A DNA stretch of 64,000 nucleotides, taken from Camelus ferus. Its lineage: Eukaryota. A program made the position numbers and the translations under genes. Under the pieces are notes generated by a model that did no database searches, was not told where the DNA came from, and saw only the letters and a program-made list of their open reading frames with translations. The stretch's first letter is position 1, and each line of letters starts with the position of its first letter. Location: the NCBI RefSeq assembly GCF_009834535.1, contig NC_045696.1:115446001-115510000 (forward strand), written 5' to 3'. This document shows, one piece after another, positions 51,812 through 64,000 of this stretch.

Positions 51812-54800
51812 CAATTCAACAGTAACACACTCCTTAAGAGAGGCTGGAAATGGTGTATGTAACTCTGTGTTCTTAGGAAAGTCATTTAACCTCTCTAGCT
51901 CTTATTTTCTTTCTCAAATGAGAGAGTGGGGCTGGATAAGCGGTTCTCAAAATTTAGAATGCATAAACTGCACCCAAAGAATTTGTTAAAACTGTGCATT
52001 CCTAGGCCTGAATCTCAAAGTTTTAAATTATTATTTTTATTCTAGCTCAACCTGGGCAAGGATTTTGTCTTAATTATTTTCGCCTTTTCAAAGGGGACAT
52101 TGTTTAGTAAATCTTGGTAAAATGAACGAACGAACAAACCTCATTCAATTATTAGTCACCAGGTTTCTGTGCTGGCTCTCCCTAGCCAAACTTCCGGGAA
52201 AGAATTTTCTTTCATTGCATGTCAATTACCAGAGGGGAAACTTCTTACCTGAACCCTGAACTCAATTTATGGCGGCTCTATCACCCGCCCACCCTCCACC
52301 CATGCACCCCCTGCACCCCCGTCCCACCAAATTCTCAGCTCCATGGAACGAGGGCGTGATCCACAGTTCTTTCAGACTAATTTTTTTGACGACTAATCAG
52401 AGGCATTCTGTAAAAAAAAAAATCACAGTACAGCCCAGAGACGGATCATGCTAGTTACTTTCCTCCCAAAATATAAAATTTAGCTAAGTTTGATTTTTGA
52501 GTAAATAGTTTTCTGATGCTGTAGGACATTTCATGCATAAGTCCCTTTTCATGTCTTACCAAATGTTGAGTTTTCGTACGTTAACATGAAGTGTTTCCTG
52601 AGATTCGCTTTGTGAATGCAAATTTGGAATTGATGTGAGTTGTGAGAAGAAGCCAAGGAAAACAAGTTGTCATCTTGCAAACAGAATCCTTCAGTGATTT
52701 ATGTGTTTGGCTTCAACTTTGGATCATCATGACTAAAATATTTGAGCTATAATGAGATAGCTGAAACGTAGTATCTTATCAGAGACCTTTACGTTATTAA
52801 CCAGACTTCTAGCTTACTTGCCGAATCACAGACTATTATCTAGGAAAAGTGGGCAAAGGTGGTGGGGAAATCTTTGAATCACTAAATCATGTTTTAATAA
52901 AGGACGATGATACAAATATGTTGATTAAAGAGGTTAATTCTGTAACCTTAACTTGATATTTGGGAATATAGTTGTTCTCTGGTCTCTGTGTGTAAGTTTG
53001 AATGGTTGCCTGGATTTTTGTCAATTATATTCAAAAGTAATGATGATCATGTAATTAAAGGGCAAATTGCTTCAAAGTTATTATTTTCTATACGCTTTTT
53101 GGATGATATCCTGGCAATGTGTATCACTATCATTCCCATTTTACTGTAGGTACCATTATGAATGTAAAATATTTGAACATGGATATTTTAAAATATGATC
53201 AGGTATTTGAATAAGGGAAAGACATTGAATGAGAACTGCAATAGTGAAAAAAAAATACCATGATCAAGAATAACTGCACACACTTACGCAGCTGTCATGA
53301 TTTGCAGGGCAGAATGTTAGTTCTGGGAAGTACACTGCATAACAGAATCAATTCGTCTCCTGTATTGCCTTCTGCAAGAAAAGAAGGTGGCTTGGAGATC
53401 TTGGTGATACAAAACCAGCTGGATAAAACTTAAAAAAGATTCAGAGAATAAAAAAAAAAATTCAGAGAATAGGTGTATGAACAAGTTAATCCCAAAGAAT
53501 ATGCATAACTTGAAAATAACCAAAATTGGCATTAATATATTTTTCCATTCATTTACTCACCTTCCATATATACACCATGGAGAAGGAAAACTACCCCAGC
53601 CCTCGGTGGTGGAAAAATGGAGCTTTCTCTTGGGTAGGAAAGACGTATATATAAAAAAGATGACCCAAACAAGAAAGCATGGGTGCCAAGTAAATACTAC
53701 AAAATGCAATGCAAGATTTCATGATGGGTTGGGTAGGAAGAAAGCATAGAAAGAGAAAGAACAGAAGAAAGTCCTCCAAAGGACTCGAGCTAAGCTGTGG
53801 GAGAGCGGTTGTGTTCATAAAAGTAGAGAGAAAAGAGAAACATGATAAACAATAGGTGTAACTAGTTCAAAGACAAGAATAAGAATGATATTCATTTAAT
53901 AAAAAAAAAAAAGAACAGTTCAACTTGAGAAAATATTCTAAAGGAGAATTGTGCAAGTTACTCACAAACACAATTTTGAATAGATAAATGTGTGTATGTA
54001 TACATATATAAAATATATATATGAAATAAAGCTTTGTATATACATACAGATGGATTTAGACATAAAGTAGTTCAAAATTGATCACTAACTCAGAGAAAAG
54101 GAAGGAAGGAGGAGCAATGGGCAACGTTCTGGAAGCTAGGTATCTGATTCTCTCCTCTTCTCATTTTGAGAAGTAATTGATATACATCACTGTATAGGTT
54201 TAAAGTGTACAGCATGATGGTTTGATTTACATATATTATAAAATGATTACCACAATAGGTTTAGCTACTGTCCACCAAACCATATAGATACAACAAAAAG
54301 GATCTAGTCTCTTAACAACATTCCTATACATTGTACAGTAGTGTTAACTATAGCCATCATGTTGTGCTTTACATCCTAGTACTTACTTATAACAGGAAGT
54401 TTGTACCTTTTGACCACTTTGACCATCCCTACCTCTGGTAACCACAAATATGACTTCTTTTTCTATAAATTTGGTGCTTTTTTGTTTTTGTTTCTTTGAT
54501 TCCATATAAGTGAGATCATACAGTATTTGTCTTTCTCTGTCTGACTTATTTCATATAGCATAATGCCTTCAAGGTCCATCCATGTTGTTGCAAATGGTAG
54601 AGTGTCCTCAATTTTATGGCTGAGTAATATTCCATTGTATATGTATATATACCACAACTTATTTATTCACTCATCCATCAGTAGATACTTAGATTTATTT
54701 CTGCATCTTGCCTGTTGTAAACATGCTGCTGTGAACATAGGGGTTCTTTTTGATTTGGTGCTTTCATTTCCTTTGGATATAATCCAGGAGTGAAATCACT

Positions 54801-57563
54801 GGAACATATGAGAGTTTTATTTTCAATTTCTTGAGGAAGCTTTATACTGTTTTCCATAGTGACTGTACCAGTTTACAATCCCAGCAAGAGTGCACAAGGA
54901 TTCCCTTTTCTCCACACCCATGCCAGCATTCTTTCTCTGTTGCCTTTTTGTTGAAGGCCATTCTAACAGGCGTGAGTTGATTTTTCACTGTGGTGTTAAT
55001 TTGCATCCCCTAATCACTAGTGATGTTGAGCATCTTCCCATGTATCTGTGATCATTCCTATATCTTCTTTGGAAAAATTATCTATTTAGATTCTTAATTA
55101 TTTTAAAATTGGATTATTTGTTTGTTGTTTATTTTTTGCTATGGAGTTGTATGAGTTCTTTACATATTTTGGATATTATCCCCTTATCAGATACAGGGTA
55201 TGAAAATATTTTCCTGTACCATTGATTCTCTTTTCATTTCGTTTTGTTTTTATTTTGTTTCATTTTATTCATTTCATTTCATTTATCTTCTCTCTCCATT
55301 TTATGGTTTGTTTTGCAATGCAGATTTTTTAGTCTGATTTCTTCCCACCTTTCCCATCTATTTATTTTTTTATTTTGTTGTTTGTATTTTAGGCATAATT
55401 TCCACAGATCATTACCAAGCACCATGTCAGGGAATTATTTTCCTATGACTTCTTCTAGGAGTTTTATGGTTTGGGGTTTCACGCTTAAGTCTTTAATCAA
55501 TTTTCGGTTAGTTTTTATGAGTGGAGTAAGATAGGGGTCAAATTTTATTCCTTTATATATGAATATCTAATGTTCTCAGCACCATTTATTGAAGAGACTG
55601 TCTTTTCTCCATTGAGTACTCTTAATTCACTTGGCAAATATTAGTTGAACATATACGCTTGGGTTTATTTCTGCACTCTTGATTCTGTTCCTTTGGCTGT
55701 ATTTAACCCAGGTCCATACTTTTTTTATGTCTATAGCATCAGTGCATAACTTGAAATCAGGAATTGAGATGCCTCCTGCTTTGTTCTTCTTCCTCAGAAT
55801 TTCTTTGGCTATTTGGGGTCTTTTGTGGTTCCATGTAAGTTTTAGGATTGTTTTTTCTACTTCTGTAAAAAATTCCATTGTAACCTTAATAGGGATTGCA
55901 TTGAATCTTGCATTGAATTTTGGTAGTATTGACATTTTAGTAATACTAATTCTTCTAATCCACGGATGTGGGATAACTTTCCATTTATTTGTGCCTTCTC
56001 AGTTTCCTTCATCAGTGCCTTGTAGTTTTCAGAGTAGAGATCTCTCACCTGCTTAAATTTATTACTAAGTATTATATTTTTGATGCTGTTGTAAATGAGA
56101 TGGATTTTTTTTCAGAAAATTTATTGTTAGTGTATAGAAACACTACTGATTTTCAAAGGTTAATTTTGCATCCTGCAACTTTGCTGACTTCATTGATTAG
56201 ATCTAACAGTTTTTCAGGTAAGTGTTTAGGATTTCCTATGTACAAAATCATGTCACCTGAAAATTTTACAGGCAGTTTTATTTCTTCTTTCCAATTCTGA
56301 TGTGTTTTATTTCTTTTTCTTGCTTGATTACTCTAGCTAAGACTTTCAGTATTTCATGTTGAATAGGACTAATAAGAGTGGACACCCTTGTCCTATTCCT
56401 CATCTTAGAGGAAAAGCTTTCAACCTTTCACCACTGAGTATGCTATTAATTGTTGTCTTGTTATATATAACCTTTATTACGTTGAGATGTTTTTATTTCT
56501 CTTTGATTTCTTTTTTAACCCATTGATTGTTCAGGAGAGTTGTTTGCTTTCCATGCATTCATAAACTTTTCAGTTTTCTTCTTGTTACTGGTTTCTAGTT
56601 TCATGCCATATGGTCAGAGAAGATACTGGGTGTGATTTCAGCTTTCTTGAATTTCCTAAGACTTGTTTTGTGACCTAACATATGGTCTATGCTAGAAAAT
56701 GTCCCATGTGTGCTTGACAAGAATGTGTGTTTGCAATTGTCAGGTAGAATGTTCTGTATATGTCTGTTAGATCAATTTGGTCTATTGCATTGTTCAAATT
56801 TGCAGTTTCTTGATTTGATTCCCTGTCTGGATGATCTGTCCATTGTTGAGAGTGAGGTACTAAAGACCCTAACTATTAAGGTATTGCTGTTTATTTCTCC
56901 TTTTAGCTCTGTTAATTTTTACTTTATATATTTAGTTGTAAGTATTTAAAATTGCTATATCTTCTTGATGGATTGACCCCTTTATTATTATACAAAGATT
57001 TTCTTTGTCTCTATTACTATTTTTAGTTTAAAGTCTAGTTTGTCTAATGTAAGTATAGCCACTCCTGGGTTTCTTTGTTGGTTGGTTTGTTACCATTTAC
57101 TTAAAATGTCTTTTTCCAGTGTTCACTCTCAGTTTATGTATTTCTTTAAGGCTAAAGTGAATCTCCTGTAGGCAGCATATACTTGGATCTTGTTCTAGTT
57201 GTTGTTTTTAATCCATTCAGTCATTTTATGCTTTTGATTAGAAAATTAAATATGTGTTTATTACAAAGTAATTGTTGTAAGGTAGAGAATTACTGTTGAT
57301 ATTTTGTTTATTGCTTTCTGTTTTTTTGGTATTTTCATTGTTTCTTATTTCTTATTCTACTGTCTTTTTTTTTTTTCTTTTTTTGATGTTTTTTGACATC
57401 AGTATTCTTTAAGTTCTTTATCATGCATTTTCATGTAATTGCTACAGTTCCCTTGTGGTTACCATGAGGCCTACATAAAATATCTTAAAATGATGACACC
57501 CTATTTTAAGCTGATAAAACTTAACTTTAACAGAATTCCTAAGCATTACACTTTTAAAAAATA

Positions 57564-57894
57564 TTTTTATTGAAGTATGGTCAGCTTACAATCTTGTGTC
57601 AATTTCTGGTGTACAACACAGTGCTTCAGTCATATAGGAGCATACATGTATTCATTTTCATATTCTTTTTCACCATAAGTTACTACAAGATATTGAATAT
57701 AGTTCTGTGTGCTATACAGTATAAACTTGTTGTTTATCAGATTTTGTGAGAATCCTCCTGTATTTTGAAATGAGAGACACTCTGCCAGAGTTCAGTAGGT
57801 GTTCTGTGTGATTCAGTGGGTTTGTAGATGTAATTCTTGGTGTATTTGTGGGAGAGTTTGAGCTGTGAGTCTCTCTACTCCACCATCTTGGCTC
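57564..57894 (-). mobile_element. Mini-L1: 5' UTR start fused to 3' UTR end
   Basis: Sense strand begins gagccaagatggtggagtagagagac (L1 5' start), switches after about 157 nt to ataaacaacaagtttatactgtatagcacaga (same 3' UTR as 12870-13040), and ends cttcaataaaaa. Confidence 0.8.
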
Positions 57895-57901
57895 AATACC
57901 C

Positions 57902-58040
57902 TTTTTTTAAAGTTTTTTTTCAGGGGGGAGGTAATTAGATTTATTTACTTATTCATTTTTTTAATGGAGGTACTGGGGATTGAACCCAGGACCTTGTGCA
58001 TGCTAAGCATGCACTCTACCACTGAGCTATACCCTCCCCC
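57902..58040 (-). mobile_element. Camelid tRNA-derived SINE (vic-1 type)
   Basis: ggggaggtaattagatttattt...ggaggtactggggattgaacccaggaccttgtgcatgctaagcatgcactctaccactgagctataccctccccc. Confidence 0.92.
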
Positions 58041-58139
58041 AAACTTTACACTTTTATTTCTATCCATTCTTCACATTTTAGGTTATTGTTGCTATAATTT
58101 ACATGTTTTTAATATCATGCAATTAATAAGAGATTATTG

Positions 58140-58141
<2 letters not shown>

Positions 58142-58188
<47 letters not shown>
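58142..58188. repeat. (ATT)n microsatellite
   Basis: Direct inspection. Confidence 0.95.
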
Positions 58189-60239
58189 CATATACTACAT
58201 TCATTTATTCAACTTTTAAACTATAGTAGTAAGTGAATTATGCATTACCACTACGATTTACCGAATCTAACTTTGCCTATATAGTTACCATACCCAGTGA
58301 GTTGTATGCTACCTTTTAATTGTTTTATGATTTTAATTAGTGTCTTTTATTTCCACTCAAAGAACTCCCTTTAACATTTTCTGTAAGGCAGGTCTAGTGA
58401 TAATGAACTTCCTCAGATTTTGTTTTTCAGAAAAGTCTTTATCCTTCCTTTATTTCTGAAGGACCACTTCACTGGGTATAGAATTCTTGATTGACAATTT
58501 TTTTCTTTCAATATCTGTGTATGTCCTCTCATTCTCTCCTGGCTTGCAAAGTTTCTGTTGAGAAATCCACCAATGATCTTATATGGGTTTCTTGTATATA
58601 ACTTCTCTCCTTTCTCTTTCTGTTTTTAAATTTTTTTTTTTTTTTGACATTTGATAATGTAATTATAATAGGTCTCATTGTAGATCTATTTGGAGTCAAA
58701 CTGTTTGGGGTCCTTAAGGCATCAGAAACTGGATGTCAGTTTTCTTCCCAGGTTTGAGAAGCCATTATTGACTTAAATATACTTTCTGTCCTTTGCTCTT
58801 TTTACATAATGTGGATTTTTTTTTCTTTACACCAAGTCCCATAAGTCCCATAGACTTTCTTCATTCTTTTTTATTCTTTATTCTTTTTGCTTCTCTGACT
58901 GAATAATTTTGAATGTCCTGTCATCCAGGTCACTGATAACGTTTTACTGCATTGTTGAGACTACTTTTGAAAAATCTCTATTTTAAAGCTCAATTTTTGT
59001 ATTTTTCAACTCTAGGACTTCTGTTTGTTATTTAAAATAATATTTCTGTTTATCTGTGGAAATTCTCATTTTGTTCATTTATTATTCTCCTAATTTCATT
59101 TTGTTGCTTGTGTGTTTTTATAGTTCACTAAACTTTCCTAAAAGTACTATTCTGAATTTTTTTCTGACAGTTCAAACACCTCCATTTCTTCAAGATTAGT
59201 TACTGGAACTTCATTTGTTTCCTTTGGTGGTGTCCTATTTACCTGATTTTTCTTGACTCATGACTCCTATGCCTGGTACCTGCACATTTGAGCACTTGAG
59301 CTCCTCTTCCAGAATTCACAGGTTTGCTTTGACAGAGACAGATCTTCACCAGTTGGCTCAGCTCGGGATTCTTTATGTGTCTGCTGGTAATGCCCTTGAG
59401 CAGGTGGGACCTGCTATTATCTTCTATTTTTTGGGCAAGGCAACTGCTCGAGCCCTGAGGTCAGAGATGGGGGCTGTGCCACTAATGGAGAATAGCTGGA
59501 GAGGAATGATGGCTTGTTACCTACACAAGTGAGGCTGTAGAATGGGCTTGACAGTTGCCTGGATCCTCTGGTCAGGTTTAGCAGATGTTCGGGACTAGGT
59601 ACCATATGCAGTAGTAGATGGGGCTGTAAGTTAGCTGCCCTGCCCTGGCAGGCAGCATGATGGGACTCAGAACCTGTACAGCTTGTTATTTGACCACTTG
59701 CATCAGGCAAGAGTGTGTGCTAAGCTCCATGGTCTGGTGAGTCCACCCATTTTTCTGTGCAGCCGGGAAAAGCCACATGCTGTGGTCTGTGTTCAACTGC
59801 CTCTGGAAGCAGGGCTTTTGGATGAGCTGTACAGCTTTGTATGTGCTCTGGTTAGGGTCCCTGGTCAGGCAGGCTTGAGGTTGTGTTCAGCAATTAGCAG
59901 GGCTACAAATTAGCCTCCCTGCCCAGGTGCAATAGAAGATGCAGCTCTGAAGATGGTAAAGTTCTTTATTGTCTTAACTCAAGCCAAGCCGTGCCCCGGT
60001 TTCCCTGCCAAACAGAACCCCTGGCTTTGCACTGTAGGTATCGGCTATGCCTGCTCTTCTCTTGGCCTGAGCATTGCTGGCTTCCAGAGCTTCCAGGTAT
60101 TGTCACCAACCCTTATGGCCAGATGGTGCTGGGAGACGCAGCAGGTGGAGCTGTGTCTCTGTTCCCTTGTCTTGGCTGGTTACTCCAGGCTTCTCCCAGT
60201 GTTTCTGTTCTAGAGGGGCTGGCACCTACTGTCAGCCTG

Positions 60240-60390
60240 TTATTTTGTTTGTTTATTTATTGAAGTATAGTCAGTTTACAATGTTGTGTCAATTTCTGGT
60301 GCACAGCATCATGTTTCAGTCATGCACATACACACATATATTCATTTTCATACTGTTTTTCGTTATAGGTTACTACAAGATATTGAATAT
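60240..60390 (-). mobile_element. Short young L1 3' end nested in the older L1 5' UTR
   Basis: tttattgaagtatagtcagtttacaatgttgtgtcaatttctggtg...; perfect TSD ctgtcagcctg (60229-60239 and 60391-60401). Confidence 0.9.
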
Positions 60391-60995
60391 CTGTCAGCCT
60401 GCATTATGAATTCATCCTCTGTCTGGGAATAGCAGGGGAACACCCTTATGCCCAGGACCTGCTTTACTCTGGGAGTGATCAGATCAGCTTTTCCTGCACT
60501 TGTCTCAAGAGTTGCTGGTTATCCAGTTTCCAGGTGTTCTCGCCAGCCCTATGGCCTGATGGAGCCCAGAAGCCACAGTGGGTGGGGCTATGTTTAAAAG
60601 TTCACTTGCCTGTGTGGGACAGGGATGGGCCAATCCATATGATTCCATTTTTTCCAAGCCAACTTTCCAGTTGGAAAGAGCTGGGAGCTACCCACAGCTG
60701 TGGTTTGACTAGATCCCCTTGCCTGGGCATAGCCAGGATGATTTCCATGCCCAGTACTGGCCTTGCTCTGGAGGAATTCAGCTCTGTGTGTCCACCTCTC
60801 AGTTCTGCTGTTGCTGGGAAATACGGCTTCCAGGTACTGTCACCAGCCCCTCTGATCAGATGGGCTGTGAGACACTCTCCCCAGCAGGTGGGGCTATGAC
60901 TCAGCTCCTTGTTTGGGTGTGGGTGTGGGTGTGGGTTTGGGTGTGATTTAAACAAGGAGCTAAGGCTGGCAAAACTCCTCATATAAGGACATTAC

Positions 60996-61421
60996 TGAAG
61001 AGAGGGAAACTTCTGCTCTTCCCCTCCTAGACATTTGGCTGGTCAAATAACTAAAATGATATAAAACATATTAACAGGAGAAAAAATTTAAATATGTGTG
61101 TACAGGGAATCTGCATAAACATGGAAGATTCTGAAGACAGTCATGCAAAGTGAGGTATATATGTCATTCTGGACTAAGGAGAAGGGGATATGTGTCTGTG
61201 ATTTCAAAGTGATGGAAGTAGTTCACAAGAAGATGAAGAAAAGAGCAAGTGCTTGGTATGTACATATCTCTGGTGACTGTTTTCTTTCCTAGAATATGGT
61301 CTCCATCTAAAGTCTTTTAGGCAGTTAAGAGGAAAGTCAAAAGAAGAAAATCTTTCTGAGTATTCTGTTTCTTTCTCATGCCAAAGAAACACATTAGGGT
61401 AGCAAATTTTGCTTCCCTGCA
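60996..61421 (-). mobile_element. ERV1-class solo LTR nested in the L1 5' UTR
   Basis: AT-rich island with TGAAG...CTGCA termini, ending atgccaaagaaacacattagggtagcaaattttgcttccctgca. No clear TSD. Confidence 0.65.
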
Positions 61422-62559
61422 ACTCAAATCAGGTAGATCTGCACCCCAAGTTGTCTGGTCACAGTGCACCACCAATCTCATGCTACAGGTAAGCAAACCT
61501 GCCCATTGGGATTACTGCCTGAGCGCTGCAGGAATGGCCCAGAGCCACGTTCTGGCTGTTACAAGCCCCTCCCCCTTCTCTGTCACAGTCAGATTCCCAG
61601 TGGTTGAGCCTTGCAGATTCCTCTGCAGTCCCCATGGGGCAAGACCAGATTAGGGGCTCCCACAAGGTGACCCACCATGCTAGGGCAGCTGGTCGACCTC
61701 CCTGGGCTCTGTTTTCCCACCGGAGGAACCTGAGACTCAGGGAAGACCTCCCTGGGTGGTGCAGCACTGGCCTGGGGGAGGGCAATGTGGTCAGTGTTTG
61801 GCCACTTCTTTGACTTTCTCATGTAGTCTGTCTTGGTCTCTGTGGTGCAGAGGCGGTGCTTCAGCCTCATCTCCATGTTCTAGGATTCTCTCAGGGATGT
61901 CTTATTCATCAGTAGCTGTTAATCATTCTTCTTGTGGCAGGGAGCAAAGTCAGGAGTGCCTTATGCTGCCACCACCGGTGACCTCACTCATACAGACCCT
62001 TGTAGAGCAAGATGAAGATGAGAAGCCTTTTCCCTCTGGATGTCTGATCTTAGGAATGGAACGGATGTCCAAGATGAGAAAAACACCAAGAACTGCCAAG
62101 AGATTGGACCTGGATTCTAACTGGATCAAGCCCTTAGTAGCTTTCACTGCAAGTGAGTCTCTCCTATCACCGGTGCTGAAAGATATCATAAGATGATCCT
62201 TCAGTCTCTTCCATAAGAAGGAGGAAACTTGACTCCATCCTTTGAGGTTAACTATCCAGCCCAAGGGAAATGGCCAATTAGACCACAAGACTTCCCTCTG
62301 TCACTTTCCACCGATCACGTGTGGATATCTTTTCCTAGTAATGTTAGGAGGTCCATAAACCACATGTGGAAATCTACACCTAGAATGGTTGTGGGTATGT
62401 TTTGGAAGGTTTGGGGTTGGGGAAGGGAGTTATAATATGAGCTGTAGTGTAGAATATTATAATGTTCTAATCATTTACATATGCTATTATAAATTGTGGC
62501 AAGTGTTTTTAATATAAGATGTACAATGTGATTTTCAAAGGGGAGTGTCAGATTTAGAT

Positions 62560-63160
62560 TAAGAGAGTCAGGGAAGTTTCTTTGAGGAAGGAGCATGTAA
62601 AGTAAATTGAATTAGGGGAAGGAGCTAATTAGGTAAAGAATGAAGAAAAGAGCCTTACTGGCATCCAGCCCACTGTGGATAAGAGGCTTGAGGTGGTAAG
62701 TATCCTGGGGAGAGAAGGAGGCAAGATAAAGCTGGAGAAACACAGGGACCAGATCATGCAGATCTTTGTAGATCAGGATGAAGATGAGATATTTTATCCC
62801 AAATAAAATGCCCTTGCAGAATTGAATCAAACGGTTCTCATAATCAGATTTGTGATTCAAAGATTTTCCGCTGTCTTTTGGGAGGAGGACAGTTTGGTGA
62901 AGGGCAAGGTTAAAACTGATGAGAAGTGAGGAGCTGTTAGAAAGCATTGCATAAATTTCAGTTTGAGATAATGGTGGCTTGCCCTGAAGCGACATATGAA
63001 AAGAAAAATACATTAATGAAAGTGTCAAGTTTTTCTGAATGTGGTAAAGACTCGGGCTTGGACATCAATTTGGTATGTGACTGGGGTGGCAGGAGGTGGG
63101 GTGGTGGAAGTGAGAAGGAACGTGCCCTCAATTGTCTCCTGGTTCCCAGCCTTGAGAGAC
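62560..63160 (-). mobile_element. L2 LINE fragment
   Basis: gtcagggaagtttctttgaggaagg...gggaccagatcatgcagatctttgtag...gagataatggtggcttg, typical of reverse L2. Confidence 0.7.
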
Positions 63161-64000
63161 TGAGAAGATGACGTTTAGATATTTTTCCAAATAGTTATTA
63201 CTTATCAGTCTCTAGGGAAGATTTGCTCTGTTTCAGTTTTATTTTTATATTTTATCTAAGCATTCTATGGAGACATATTAAAATGAATAATATTTCAGAT
63301 TTTTCTCTTCTTTTTAAACATGCAGACACTAACCCACACATTGAAACACACATTATAGAATTATCGGAACAACCCTAACACTGTTAAGAAGATTAATTTC
63401 CTTTCTTCCACCTCACATTACCATTCTAGGTATTTACACCCACTTAACTTTCTAGACGCAGGAATATCATTTAAAGTTTTCTAAAGGGCATAGAATGTTC
63501 AAGTCAATTTATGGTCTTAGAGGAATTACAAATGAAAGATAACATCAGTAAGTAAAACATGCCTTATTAGTAACTCTCATACTGTGGGGACTTATAATAG
63601 ACAAATACATAACATTTCTCTAAGTTTTGTTAGAACAGAGCAGGAATAATTTGTAACAATAATCTAGTAAGGCTTTTATTAAGTTTGGCAACATTTAAAT
63701 CCAAAATTTAAGGAAAGGTTTCTCTTTAAATGAAAGTAAATATTTTGATATGCTTTGCATATTGAGTGTGATTGTTACTTGAAAAGGGGACATTTCTGGA
63801 TTTTATCACTCAAGCAAATAAATTTGATGGATGTGAAGGAAGCCAAACATATCCCTTCATAGCCTTGTCTTATTGTATAGATATATACCTTCCTCATTTT
63901 AAAATCAGCTCTACCAAAAACTGAGTAACAAAGCTACTTGGAAAATCATAAGTACCTAATGAGTCAAGGTATCGTTCAGTGACCCATAGCAGAACAACAC

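Larger units (their letters stand above)
54164..61989 (-). mobile_element. Near-full-length decayed L1 (L1MA9/L1_Art-like) with nested insertions
   Basis: 3' UTR at 54164; ORF2 remnants ([32 protein letters not shown]...[10 protein letters not shown]); ORF1-region remnants ~58300-59250; GC-richer 5' UTR ending ...gctgccaccaccggtgacctcactc. Many stops and frameshifts, and an apparent ORF2 deletion near 56490. Confidence 0.9.

Noticed and set aside
59260..62288. Cluster of overlapping ORFs on both strands
   Set aside because: Mostly lies in the GC-richer L1 5' UTR, where stop codons are rarer.
1..64000. CRISPR array, operon or other prokaryotic-type system
   Set aside because: No regularly spaced repeats and no gene-dense segment; the sequence is mammalian and repeat-rich throughout.

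Overview
This is a mammalian, almost certainly camelid, genomic window: it carries five copies of a tRNA-derived SINE matching the camelid vic-1 type, plus artiodactyl-type L1 3' ends. It is AT-rich, CpG-poor and dominated by interspersed repeats (L1, L2, MIR, MaLR/ERVL/ERV1 LTRs, Tigger and hAT fossils), so it is intronic or intergenic. Nearly all ORFs in the supplied track are chance or repeat-derived. The only reasonable host-gene signal is a candidate + strand terminal exon (5258-5555, AATAAA at 5571), which I cannot assign to a named gene. I do not see a novel multi-gene system. The best second-look items are: a ~330-bp mini-L1 with the 5' UTR start fused to the 3' UTR end at an apparent splice acceptor; a twin-primed L1 with an 18-bp TSD; two poly(A)-only insertions; a two-LTR ERVL remnant; an unexplained 84-bp direct repeat with reciprocal CpG decay; and several motif clusters in repeat-free DNA. 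Repeat family names are from recall of consensus sequences, not from a search. Boundaries without a TSD are approximate.
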